IMG/VR virus record: IMGVR_UViG_3300049144_000093
Span: 1-44,335 of that record
DNA from: a virus
Taxonomy: Duplodnaviria > Caudoviricetes
Strand: one strand, 5' to 3'
Length of the DNA: 44,335 bases
Notes under the pieces: model-generated
Told to the model about the DNA's origin: nothing
Seen by the model: only the letters and a program-made list of their open reading frames with translations
The model's database searches: none
Made by a program: the position numbers and the translations under genes
Part shown: positions 36,343 to 44,335 of the stretch, in pieces
Position numbering within the stretch: position 1 is the stretch's first letter
Layout: the number at the start of each line of letters is the position of its first letter

Positions 36343-36804
36343 TTAGTGGATCACCGTCGTGTCGCCCGACCACGGTCGGTAACGGGCGTACCAGGACCGG
36401 ATCTGCTCGGCCGTCCCCTCCGGCCGACCGTCCACTGTGGCCCGACGCAGGCACTCGTCCTCGCCGGGGTCGAGCACGAGCGTCGCGGCCGCGTTGCTGA
36501 TCCGGGCGGCGATCGCCCGCTGCTCCGGGCGGGGCAGGGAGCGGATCACGTAGGCCGTGCCCTCCCCGCCGCCGGGCAGCCGGGCCAGCAGCTGCACCAC
36601 CTGCTGCTCGGCGTGCGTGCGGTACGGCTCGGGGTGCAGCCACCGCACCGGCGAGCCGAGCTCTCGGGCCACGACGTCGAAGTCGACCACCCAGTCGGCC
36701 GGGCCGGTGGCCAGCCGCTCGGCGGTGGTGGACTTGCCGCCGCACGGCGGGCCGCAGATCAGCACCACCCGACGCGGGAGGTCAGAGGTCCGCCGGGTCA
36801 ACAC
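36343..36804 (-). CDS. P-loop kinase-like (AAA_33) protein
   Basis: VVLICGPPCGGKST...VVDFD...ECLRRA. Confidence 0.8.
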   Translation of the reverse strand: MLTRRTSDLPRRVVLICGPPCGGKSTTAERLATGPADWVVDFDVVARELGSPVRWLHPEPYRTHAEQQVVQLLARLPGGGEGTAYVIRSLPRPEQRAIAARISNAAATLVLDPGEDECLRRATVDGRPEGTAEQIRSWYARYRPWSGDTTVIH

Positions 36805-37117
36805 TCACCTCGATCAGGTCTCGGCGCGGCCGTCGTCGCCGAGGCTTCGGGTTCCGCGCGCCGGGGTTGCCGCCCCGGTTGGAGTTGATGGCGCCCTGCC
36901 GGCGGTTGCACGCCGGATGCTCGGGGCCGCGCCAGCCGCGCTGGCCGGGATGGTGGCCGAGGTCCCACGGCTCGCCTGCGGTGATCCACCTCGTGGGGTG
37001 CACGCACTGATCAGCCCGGCACTCGGCGCCGCCAGCGCGCTCGATCGCTTTCGCCCAGCGGGCCCGCTCCTGCTGGTGGTCCCAGCCGTAGCCCTGCTGT
37101 GTGGTGGCGCCCGGCAT
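36782..37117 (-). CDS. Packaging-associated HNH-like endonuclease
   Basis: GYGWDHQQER...C...C...WDLGH...GPEHPACNR; first late gene. Confidence 0.8.
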   Translation of the reverse strand: MPGATTQQGYGWDHQQERARWAKAIERAGGAECRADQCVHPTRWITAGEPWDLGHHPGQRGWRGPEHPACNRRQGAINSNRGGNPGARNPKPRRRRPRRDLIEVSVDPADL

Positions 37118-37136
37118 GCTCACCCCCGACATGCAG

Positions 37137-37160
37137 AGACCCCGGTCGAAGCCGGGGTCT
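37137..37160 (-). terminator. Leader hairpin/terminator ahead of the late genes
   Basis: AGACCCCGG-6nt-CCGGGGTCT. Confidence 0.6.
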
Positions 37161-37189
37161 GGGCACACGTGGTCCGCCTGCTGATCGAC

Positions 37190-37217
37190 AGGATAAGCCA
37201 TCCCCGACCGGTGGCAA
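37190..37217 (-). promoter_or_regulatory. Putative late promoter
   Basis: Minus strand TTGCCA-16bp-TATCCT. Confidence 0.5.
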
Positions 37218-37226
37218 GCAGGTGGA

Positions 37227-37766
37227 TCAGGTTGGCGTGTCGAGCCCCGCGAACACCTCGGCCACCACAACCCGGCCGGGGACGGACACGCTGTCCGGGG
37301 TGAGCGGCGGCGCCGAGGCCGCGCCCGCGCCGTCGTCGACCTCGCGGCCGTCGATCCTCCCAGCGCGGATCGGGTTGTGGTTGGTGTCGATGTCGTACAC
37401 CTCGACCTCGTGGTGCTCGGCCAGCGCGGGCAGCAGGTGCGCGCGAACGAGCCGCCGCAGGACGACGTGCCAGTCCACGGTGAACAGGTCGAGCCCGAAC
37501 TCCTGGCAGTAGTCCCACAGCCAGTCGGGGTCGTCGCCGTCCCCGAAGCCCCACTTCGAGCACAGGCTCTGCGAGTCCAGGACGAGGTCGGGCAGGGCGG
37601 CCAGCGCCGCCTCCCGCCTTGCCTCGAGGTGTTCCCTCCAGGCTGCGGCGGCCGCCTCCTGGGTGCGGGGCTTGGACTCGGCCTCCCAGCCGCACCGACA
37701 CCCCGCGAGCCACGGGCCACGAGTGCCGCCCGGGTGGAGCAGCCGGGGCACGTGCTCGCCGGTCAT
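37227..37766 (-). CDS. Hypothetical protein
   Basis: CRCGW; SKWGFGDGD...TNHNPIRA. Confidence 0.7.
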   Translation of the reverse strand: MTGEHVPRLLHPGGTRGPWLAGCRCGWEAESKPRTQEAAAAAWREHLEARREAALAALPDLVLDSQSLCSKWGFGDGDDPDWLWDYCQEFGLDLFTVDWHVVLRRLVRAHLLPALAEHHEVEVYDIDTNHNPIRAGRIDGREVDDGAGAASAPPLTPDSVSVPGRVVVAEVFAGLDTPT

Positions 37767-38200
37767 GGGGCACCGCCGCCCGAGTCGAAGTCCTCAACAC
37801 TGAGCGACGCGGCCCGCATGGTCTCCGAGAACGCTGCCGCGTCGACGTCCTGGACCGAGAACGCGCCCATGACCTCCGACAGCGTGCGGCGGACGTCCTC
37901 CGCGATGTCGCGTGGCGTGGCCGCACGGAGACGCTCCTCCCGGGCGAGCGCCGAGCTGTCGCCCAGCGAGTCGGCGAGCCTGTCGAAGCCGAGCGGGTCG
38001 ACGTCCGGTTCGAGAGCGGCCGGGTCGGTCCCCAGCCGAACCCGCACCGCGCGGGAGGTCGGGTCCTCGCTGACCACGATCGCCTTGCCGATGAGGTCCA
38101 GCTCCACCAACTCCCGCTCGGTGATGGTGATGTCGCCGCCGAGCTTGGCCAGAAGGAACATCGACAGGCGCCGCATGTCCTCGTACAGGTCTTGTTTCAT
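37763..38200 (-). CDS. Hypothetical protein
   Basis: MKQDLYEDMRR...; ATGA overlaps. Confidence 0.65.
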   Translation of the reverse strand: MKQDLYEDMRRLSMFLLAKLGGDITITERELVELDLIGKAIVVSEDPTSRAVRVRLGTDPAALEPDVDPLGFDRLADSLGDSSALAREERLRAATPRDIAEDVRRTLSEVMGAFSVQDVDAAAFSETMRAASLSVEDFDSGGGAP

Positions 38201-38598
38201 GGTCTCCACTCCTCGCGGTAGCCCGGGCGGTCGGCGTGGGGCAGGGCGAGGAGTCGCAACGTCGGGCAGGGCTCCTCCTCGCGCATGCCGTTCTCGTCTC
38301 GGCACACAACGCAGCAGAGCACGGTGATCTCCTCGCCGTCGGTCAAGCGGCCGTCGACATCCTCGCTCTTGTGCAGTTCGACGAGCTGCCGCTTGGCGTC
38401 GCACTCGGCCAGCACGCGCTTGGCTCCCCATCGGTCGAGATGCGCGGTGGCCATCTCGGTGAGATCGTCGTAGCGGTCGGAGTACACCGTCGCCTCGGCG
38501 ACGGGGTCCCCGTCAGGACATGCATTGAGGAACGCACGAGCAGGGGCTTCGTCCTCGGCGATCTGTTCCAGCAGCCACGCTGCCAGGTCCTCGGTCAT
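38197..38598 (-). CDS. DUF6221 family protein
   Basis: MTEDLAAWLLEQIAEDE...RVLAECDAKR...PCPTLRLLALPHADRPGYREEWRP. Confidence 0.85.
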   Translation of the reverse strand: MTEDLAAWLLEQIAEDEAPARAFLNACPDGDPVAEATVYSDRYDDLTEMATAHLDRWGAKRVLAECDAKRQLVELHKSEDVDGRLTDGEEITVLCCVVCRDENGMREEEPCPTLRLLALPHADRPGYREEWRP

Positions 38599-39518
38599 GC
38601 CGCAGATCCTTCCTTGTCGCGCGGGCCAGTGTTCCGGGTCCGCACCTCCTGGGCGAGGGCGAGCAGGTCCCGGAACCGGTACAGCCGCCGCCCCGTCGCG
38701 TCCTCCTGCGACTGGAGCCGCCCGGCGCGGGTCCGCCACTTGTGGATCGTGTCCACCTTGATCGGCTTGTCGGTCAGCCACGACAGGTACGGGGCCGCCT
38801 CCCCCGCGGTCACCAACGACCCGGCGAGGTGCTGCTCCAGCCACCGCTTGCGGTACGCGACGTCGTGCACCGCGCCGCACTCCCGGCACGGCACGAACCC
38901 CTTGTCCCGGCGGGCGTACACGTCCGCCTGACACCGGGACACGTCGGCGTCCGGATCCTTCGCCACCGCGCGGCGGCCCTCGTCGGTGAGCGGGGTCTCG
39001 CACCGGCCCACGAAGATCCGGTCCGGGCCGTGGTCGATGACCCGCTCGGCGGCGTGCACCACCTCCCGGATCCCGGTCGCCAGCTCGGCGGGCACGAACG
39101 ACACCGCCAGCTCCTCGGCGAGCCACCGCGCCACCGCCGGCGGGTAGTCCGGCGGCAGCTCGAGGTCCTGCCGCTCGCCCGCCAGGGCGCGGGCCCACGT
39201 CGACAGCTCGTTGCGCATCCGGTGCGCCACCGCCGACGCCCGCGCGTGGTACGGCACCGGCGACTCGCTGCCCTTCCCGGCGCCCGCCGACGACCCGCCC
39301 GACCGCGACAGGCGCGCGATCGTCGTCTGCAGCTCCTCCCACAGCCCGACACGCTCGTGGAACGCCTCGTCGACGATCACCGTGCCCGGCATGCCGTACG
39401 GGGCCGAGAGCCGCTCGTGCGCGACCCGCCGGACCCCGCCCGACGCGATCGACATCAGCAGGCACTGCACGTCGTGCACATGGGCACAGCCCGGCGCCGA
39501 GCACACGCGGTCGGTCAT
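38595..39518 (-). CDS. Zn-finger plus C-terminal HTH protein, candidate late-gene activator/antiterminator
   Basis: GRC...C...CRECG and VTAGEAA...IKVDTIHKWRTRAGRL...LYRFRDLL; near the end of the early region. Confidence 0.7.
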   Translation of the reverse strand: MTDRVCSAPGCAHVHDVQCLLMSIASGGVRRVAHERLSAPYGMPGTVIVDEAFHERVGLWEELQTTIARLSRSGGSSAGAGKGSESPVPYHARASAVAHRMRNELSTWARALAGERQDLELPPDYPPAVARWLAEELAVSFVPAELATGIREVVHAAERVIDHGPDRIFVGRCETPLTDEGRRAVAKDPDADVSRCQADVYARRDKGFVPCRECGAVHDVAYRKRWLEQHLAGSLVTAGEAAPYLSWLTDKPIKVDTIHKWRTRAGRLQSQEDATGRRLYRFRDLLALAQEVRTRNTGPRDKEGSAA

Positions 39519-40084
39519 CGGGACCACCACCCACGCAAGCGAGCCAGCAGCGATGGGCCCGGTGCGGAATGGGCGGCATCCGGCGGCGGGGTTGACCACT
39601 CGCGCTCCGGGTCGTCGAGGATGTCGACGCTGATATCCAGGCTCCGCTCGGTCGTCGGCGGCAGCACGAATGACGTCGGCGCCGGCTCGTCGACAAGCGG
39701 GGCGACCCCCTCGACGACGCCGCCGCGCGCGCGGTCGGCGACCTCGTCGACGATCCACTTGCCCGCGACGTGCTCCTTGATGGTCGCCTCGGCCGGATCG
39801 TCGACCAGCTCGACACGGCGGCCGAACGGGTCGCCCAGCATGCCGACGAACCGGGTGCGCCCGTCGACGTTCGGATACATCGCCTTCAGCGCCTCCCACT
39901 GCCAGGGAGTCAGCTTGATCGGCTCGGCGCCGCGCGGCGCCGTCGCGGCCAACCGGGCCACGTAGTCGTCGATCATCCGCTGCACCGGCAGCCCGCCCGT
40001 CGCCAACGGCGGCAGGGCGCGGGCGTCGCACTCGGCCAGGTCGCGGTCGATCCGCTCGAGCAACGGGTCCTCCTCTCGGGTCAC
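39515..40084 (-). CDS. Hypothetical protein
   Basis: GTG in a GTGA overlap; TREEDPLLERIDRDL... Confidence 0.6.
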   Translation of the reverse strand: MTREEDPLLERIDRDLAECDARALPPLATGGLPVQRMIDDYVARLAATAPRGAEPIKLTPWQWEALKAMYPNVDGRTRFVGMLGDPFGRRVELVDDPAEATIKEHVAGKWIVDEVADRARGGVVEGVAPLVDEPAPTSFVLPPTTERSLDISVDILDDPEREWSTPPPDAAHSAPGPSLLARLRGWWSR

Positions 40085-40275
40085 CTGCTCGCCTCCTTCG
40101 CTTGCTTGATCCTCTGTGGATGGGCCGGGGCACGGAGGTCCGTCCCCAGGCCGGTGTTCCAGCACGACTCGCCGATCTGGGCCCCGCATCGCGGGCACGA
40201 CACGACCTCGGCCTCTGCCCGGGCCATCCGCCATTCGTAGCTCGCTATCTCCCGTCGGGTCCGAGGTCTGGTCAT
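40081..40275 (-). CDS. Small C3H zinc-finger protein
   Basis: CPRCGAQIGESC...AHPQR. Confidence 0.7.
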   Translation of the reverse strand: MTRPRTRREIASYEWRMARAEAEVVSCPRCGAQIGESCWNTGLGTDLRAPAHPQRIKQAKEASR

Positions 40276-41372
40276 GGGTCACCTCGTGGCAGTGCGGTAG
40301 CGGCGGGTCCACGGGATCGGCGGTGGTAGATGTCCGGGTCGCTCTGGTCCCTCACCGGCTGCCCTCTGGCCCCTACCAAGGCACCACCGGTGGGCAACCC
40401 GACCCGACCCGACCCGACCCCTTCCGGGCGGTGGTTCTGCTGCTGGTTGTGCTGGTCAGTGCCGGTTTCTGGGCGTGCGTCAGCGCCGCTGGGCGCGGTG
40501 GGATCAACGTCTGGCTCACCGTGTCGATCACCGTCGTGATCACTGTTCTGTCGGTGGTTCGGCGGTGGTTCGTCGGTGATCCTGTTGTTGATCGCCGGGG
40601 TGATCCATGGTGGGTCGAACAGCTTCAGGCCCTCGGCCTTCCACGCCTCGATCTGCTCGGGCGTCGGCGGGTCCAGGAGCGCCATGTCGGCCTCGAACGG
40701 GGTCCGGCGGGCCTTGTGCTCGTTGCAGCTCGCGCACGTGGTCACGAAGTTCTCGGCGTCCGGGCCCGCGTTACGGTCGGGGTCCGGGTGGTCGCGGTGC
40801 AGCACCTTCCGGCGCTCGTCCGCGCGGACCGCCTTCGCCGACAGCGGCCCAGAGCGGCAGTACCGGCAGAACGGGCCGTCGCGCTCCATCAGCAGCGCCT
40901 TGAGCCGCGGGTCGCGGCGGTCGTCGTTCTGCGCCTTCGATCGGTCCCGCTCGGACTTCGACGGGTTGCGCTTCAGGTACGAGCACAGCCGAAAGTCGAA
41001 GCCCTCGCGCCACTCCGGCGAGGAGTCGATGCAGTTCTTCGCCGAGCAACTGTCGCCCTTGCGGTGCAGCCACGGCGGCAGCCCCAGCACCGACGTCGCG
41101 AGGGCCTTCACCTGCCACGCCTCGCCGGCCGCGCACGCCAGCGCCGCCTCGAGGGTCAGGTAGCCGTCCGACATGCTCGCCGCCGTCTCCAGCGCCATCA
41201 GCTGGTGAGAGGCGAACAGGTCCCGCTTGCGGCGCTCCAGGCGCGCGAGGTAGGCGCGGCGGCGGACGGGGGTCATCTCGAGCACGTCCGGGCCGTCCGG
41301 CTCGCCGAGGCGGGCCATGACCGCCCAGCGGGGGTCGCGGAACAGGTTGTCGTCGTGCAGCGAGTACGCCAT
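40272..41372 (-). CDS. Putative replication initiator with an embedded HNH domain
   Basis: N-terminus MAYSLHDDN...SDGYLT...FRLCSYLKRNPS resembles actinophage RepA-like proteins; RDGPFCRYC...DH...NFVTTCASCNEHK; repeat-rich C-terminal linker. Confidence 0.65.
   Translation of the reverse strand: MAYSLHDDNLFRDPRWAVMARLGEPDGPDVLEMTPVRRRAYLARLERRKRDLFASHQLMALETAASMSDGYLTLEAALACAAGEAWQVKALATSVLGLPPWLHRKGDSCSAKNCIDSSPEWREGFDFRLCSYLKRNPSKSERDRSKAQNDDRRDPRLKALLMERDGPFCRYCRSGPLSAKAVRADERRKVLHRDHPDPDRNAGPDAENFVTTCASCNEHKARRTPFEADMALLDPPTPEQIEAWKAEGLKLFDPPWITPAINNRITDEPPPNHRQNSDHDGDRHGEPDVDPTAPSGADARPETGTDQHNQQQNHRPEGVGSGRVGLPTGGALVGARGQPVRDQSDPDIYHRRSRGPAATALPRGDP
40398..40605. repeat. Iteron-like repeats (candidate origin)
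   Basis: CCCGA x4 from about 40398; GATC at 40502, 40526, 40538, 40578, 40590, 40602; GGTGGTTC twice. Confidence 0.55.
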
Positions 41373-41522
41373 CAGAACCCACCGCCCGCGCGCGAGCCAG
41401 TCGCCGGTATCGGAGCCGGTATATTTCCGCGCCCGCCTGACGGCCCTGCCGGGCATGCAGAAGCGCCGCCGAGGAAGCTCCTCGGCGGCGTACCGCACCT
41501 GACCTGCAAGTTGATCAACCGG

Positions 41523-42221
41523 TCACCCTGCCCGTGCTCCGCTGTGCGGCATGTTGTTCGGCAAGCACATCTGCGACCGCAGGTGCAAGACGTTGCGTAT
41601 GGACATGCCCGTGCGGGCGACGATCTCGGGGTCCAGCAGGCCCTCGGCGTGCAGCTGGCGCACCAGCTGCTGGCGGTCCGGGCCGGTCAGCGCCCGGCGG
41701 GCCTCGAGGTCACCGGCGAGCGCCGCGGCGATCCGCTCCGGGTTCGGCGGTGTCGCCCACCGCCGCAGCCCGCGCGCCGGACGCGCCTGCGGGTCGTCGA
41801 TCTCGTCGTCATCCCACGCCAGCGGCGGCACCCAGCCCCGGCGGCGCGCCAGGTCCCGGGCGCGGGTCGACGGGCCCGGCGTCATCGCCAGCTCGTCGTA
41901 CACGCGCGCCACCCGCTCGGCGGTCGCTACACGCACCAGTGGCGCTCGCATCGACTGGACGTCCCGCACGCGGCTCTTTCCCCACTCCAGATGCTCGGCC
42001 AGGTCCAGCAGGCCGTATCCGAGAGCGGCCAGCGCCTGGAGGCGCCGCGCGGACCCGGTGCTGTCCACCCAGCGCGGCACAGGACGCCCCTGCCGGGCGC
42101 GCTTGCGGTACAGGCGGTAGTCCTCCCTGGCGTCCGCGCACCGGCAGCGGTAGCGGCAGTAGGCGGCCGCGTCGCCGTGCCGCCGCGCCGAGCACTCCGG
42201 GCGCTCCTCCTCCACGCTCAC
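41523..42221 (-). CDS. DNA-binding protein with a Cys/His N-terminus and HTH motifs
   Basis: HG...YRCRC; VDSTGSARRLQALAALGY..DLA; WVPPLAWDD; C-terminal HTH. Confidence 0.75.
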   Translation of the reverse strand: MSVEEERPECSARRHGDAAAYCRYRCRCADAREDYRLYRKRARQGRPVPRWVDSTGSARRLQALAALGYGLLDLAEHLEWGKSRVRDVQSMRAPLVRVATAERVARVYDELAMTPGPSTRARDLARRRGWVPPLAWDDDEIDDPQARPARGLRRWATPPNPERIAAALAGDLEARRALTGPDRQQLVRQLHAEGLLDPEIVARTGMSIRNVLHLRSQMCLPNNMPHSGARAG

Positions 42222-42382
42222 GGCCGCCCCCGGTCGACTCGCAAGGGTGGCGGCGCCAGCTCCTCGTCGAGGATCCGGTCCACCCGCCGCTCGGCCCGCA
42301 GCGGCGCCAGCACGGCCACGACCGTGAGCACCGCCACCGCGACACACAGGGCGGCGAACAGCCACACGGGGACGGTGATCAC
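42218..42382 (-). CDS. Small membrane protein
   Basis: ITVPVWLFAALCVAVAVLTVVAVLAP; GTGA overlaps at both ends. Confidence 0.6.
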   Translation of the reverse strand: MITVPVWLFAALCVAVAVLTVVAVLAPLRAERRVDRILDEELAPPPLRVDRGRP

Positions 42383-43284
42383 GCGACCACCGCCCGACCT
42401 GAGCGGCAGCCGTGCGGCGAGCAGCCACCCGGCTCGCCCTCCTCCAGGCCCGCCTCGAGGTCGGCGATCGCGTCGAGCAGGTCGGTCTGCCGCGCGGCCC
42501 ATTCGCGGGCGCTGACGCGGTCGATAGGCGCCTCGTCGAGCGGGACGCACGAGCGGTGCAGGAACGCCTGCGCCCCGAGCGGGAGCGGGTTGCCTCCGCC
42601 GTTTCGGATCGCGCGGTCGAACGCGACCGCGTCAGCCCACGCCTCCGGATCGGTGTCGCGCATTGCTCGCCACTGCACGTTGCCGTGGAACGGACAGCCC
42701 ACGCATGCGGACTTCGCCACGCTGCGCCAGCCGCGGACCGCGAGCCAGCGGGTGCAGTCCTTGCGGGACATGCCCAGCTCCATCAGCGGGTACCGGCTTG
42801 TCAGGTAGCGCGGCTGGCCGCTGTCGTTGATCCGCCCGACCTCGTTGATGTCGAACCCGATCCACTGCTCAGCAACCACGCGGCCGCGGACCCGCCGGAA
42901 GTGCGGTACTGGTGCGCCGAGCAGCTCGCGGATCTTCCGGCGCACCGGCCGCAGCTTGTACTCGTGGGTGCACTGACGTCGCCCCATACCGAGCGTGCCG
43001 TCCGCCTTGCGCACGAAGTACGGCACGCTCGCGAACCGGTGCTCGGGGTCGAGCGCATCGGCTCGGAGGTCACCACGTGCGACCCGGTACAGCGGGATGC
43101 CCGCATCGGCGAGCACCACGGCGAGCCGGTCGAGGTGCCGGTACACCGTCGGCGGTTCCCAGCCGGTATCTGCGAACACGGCGGCGTCCGGGCGCGGCAA
43201 CAAGCCCTCAGCCGCCATCAACGCCAGCGTGGTCGACTGCACCCCAGCGCCGAGCGACAGCACCCGCAACGTCGGTTCGGTCAT
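42379..43284 (-). CDS. PAPS-reductase-like / PP-loop adenine nucleotide alpha-hydrolase protein
   Basis: VLSLGAGVQST (PP-loop variant), FADTGWEP, RQCT.EYK, YPL, KSACVGCPFH. Confidence 0.85.
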   Translation of the reverse strand: MTEPTLRVLSLGAGVQSTTLALMAAEGLLPRPDAAVFADTGWEPPTVYRHLDRLAVVLADAGIPLYRVARGDLRADALDPEHRFASVPYFVRKADGTLGMGRRQCTHEYKLRPVRRKIRELLGAPVPHFRRVRGRVVAEQWIGFDINEVGRINDSGQPRYLTSRYPLMELGMSRKDCTRWLAVRGWRSVAKSACVGCPFHGNVQWRAMRDTDPEAWADAVAFDRAIRNGGGNPLPLGAQAFLHRSCVPLDEAPIDRVSAREWAARQTDLLDAIADLEAGLEEGEPGGCSPHGCRSGRAVVA

Positions 43285-44126
43285 GCCACACCTCCGGCCG
43301 AGAACAGGTCCGGCACGGGCGGTCGGTTGGACCACAGGACCTCGGTGCGGGGGCTCCAGGTGCCGCCCTGGCCGGTGGCGGATGCCAGCCGGGTCACGTG
43401 CCACCCGGCGTACAGCTCGTCGTAGAGCGGTGACGGGTAGCCCGACAGCACCACCGCGGCGGTGCACGCGCGCAGCGCTTCGGCGAGCTCGCGGTGCTCG
43501 TCGTCGCCGGCCATCTCGTGCCGGTACTGGTGGGAGGCGCGGGTCGTGCCGAGGTATGGCGGGTCGACGTAGAGCAGCGTGTCCGGTGCCTGGCCGTACG
43601 CGCGGATCACCTCGAGGCCTGGACGGCATTCCAGCGACACCCGGTGCAGCCGCTCGGCGGCGGCCGCCATGCGGTCGACGTAGCCGTCGAGGTAGCTCGG
43701 CATGCTGGACGTGCTGCCGTTCGGGTCGATGTAGAACTTCCAGCCGGTGCGCCGCAGCACACCGGCGCGCGCCTGCGAGAGCGCCACCCACACCAGGCGC
43801 GCGGTCTCCAGGTCATCGAGTGGGGGCCTCGAGGCCTTCGGGGTGGCGAGCAGGTCCTGCGCGACAGCGCGTTCGGCGCGTGCGTGCGGCGTCAGCTGGC
43901 ACACGCGGGCCAGCTCGAGCGGGCGGTCGCGGAGGACCTGCCAGAAAACCATCAGATCGCCGTCGAGATCGTTCACCGTCTCCATCCGGCACGGCCGCTT
44001 GGCTAGCAGGACAGAGAGACTGCCCGCGAACGGCTCGACGTAGTGCTCGTGCCGTGGGAGCGCAGCCACGATCCGGTCGGCGATCGTGGCCTTGCTGCCG
44101 AAGTAGGCGAACGGCGGCGCGGTCAC
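43281..44126 (-). CDS. D12-class (Dam-like) N6-adenine DNA methyltransferase
   Basis: PFAYFGSK, YVEPFAGS, VNDLD, LYVDPPY, SGY, TEVLWSN; GTG 44126. Confidence 0.93.
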   Translation of the reverse strand: MTAPPFAYFGSKATIADRIVAALPRHEHYVEPFAGSLSVLLAKRPCRMETVNDLDGDLMVFWQVLRDRPLELARVCQLTPHARAERAVAQDLLATPKASRPPLDDLETARLVWVALSQARAGVLRRTGWKFYIDPNGSTSSMPSYLDGYVDRMAAAAERLHRVSLECRPGLEVIRAYGQAPDTLLYVDPPYLGTTRASHQYRHEMAGDDEHRELAEALRACTAAVVLSGYPSPLYDELYAGWHVTRLASATGQGGTWSPRTEVLWSNRPPVPDLFSAGGVA

Positions 44127-44335
44127 CGGGCACCGCCCTGGTCGCCAGCCCTGCCCATGCCATCCCCTCGGCAGGCCAGGTCGCGGGGTTGAGCCGACCC
44201 GACACCCGCCGAACGCGATGCGGACGCGCCCGTGGTCATGACCTCGGTCACACCCCCGGCGACCTGGTTGGGCGCGCCCGCCGCGGTGTCCACACTCGAC
44301 AGGCGCGCCCACGACACCGGGAACTGGTCCCACGT
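44123..44335 (-). CDS. 3' end of the DUF5131 gene spanning the junction
   Basis: In frame with 1-1154 once the 146-bp overlap is removed; TGA at 44123 overlaps the methyltransferase GTG. Confidence 0.8.
   Translation of the reverse strand, partial: TWDQFPVSWARLSSVDTAAGAPNQVAGGVTEVMTTGASASRSAGVGSAQPRDLACRGDGMGRAGDQGGAR
44190..44335. repeat. Terminal direct repeat, right copy
   Basis: 145/146 identical to 1-146. Confidence 0.95.

Noticed and set aside
34550-38250. GGGNAGGG (KOPS-like) octamers as targets of the FtsK-gamma domain
   Set aside because: A few occur on both strands, as expected by chance in high-GC DNA; skew cannot be established by eye and the actinobacterial motif may differ
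1-44335. CRISPR array, diversity-generating retroelement, IS element or invertase
   Set aside because: No repeat-spacer array, reverse transcriptase, transposase or serine recombinase motifs seen

Overview
The window is a complete, circularly closed genome of about 44.19 kb from a temperate, high-GC actinobacterial siphovirus. Bases 1-146 recur at 44190-44335 with one mismatch. A filamentous actinomycete host is inferred from the XRE/DUF397 and zf-HC3-type cargo. One very long minus-strand gene train starts at a cro-like gene (8459) and runs leftwards through xis, small early genes, a sliding-clamp-like/FtsK-gamma fusion, ASCH and HNH genes. It crosses the contig junction through a putative DNA-modification block (DUF4326, DUF5131 radical-SAM-like, Dam-family methyltransferase, PAPS-reductase-like). 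It then continues through a Rep-HNH gene, a late regulator, packaging, head, tail and lysis genes, ending at a bidirectional terminator near 14960. The plus strand carries the repressor, a membrane protein, a tyrosine integrase and an intact tRNA-type attP, which points to the excised/virion form. Between attP and the lysis genes is an accessory (moron) region: an XRE-DUF5753/DUF397 pair with a divergent three-gene operon, and an apparently autoregulated HTH/DUF732-like cassette. The best candidates for novel biology are the DNA-modification block, the clamp-FtsK-gamma fusion and the phage-borne WhiJ-like/DUF397 locus. All family assignments come from motif recognition by eye, not database searches.
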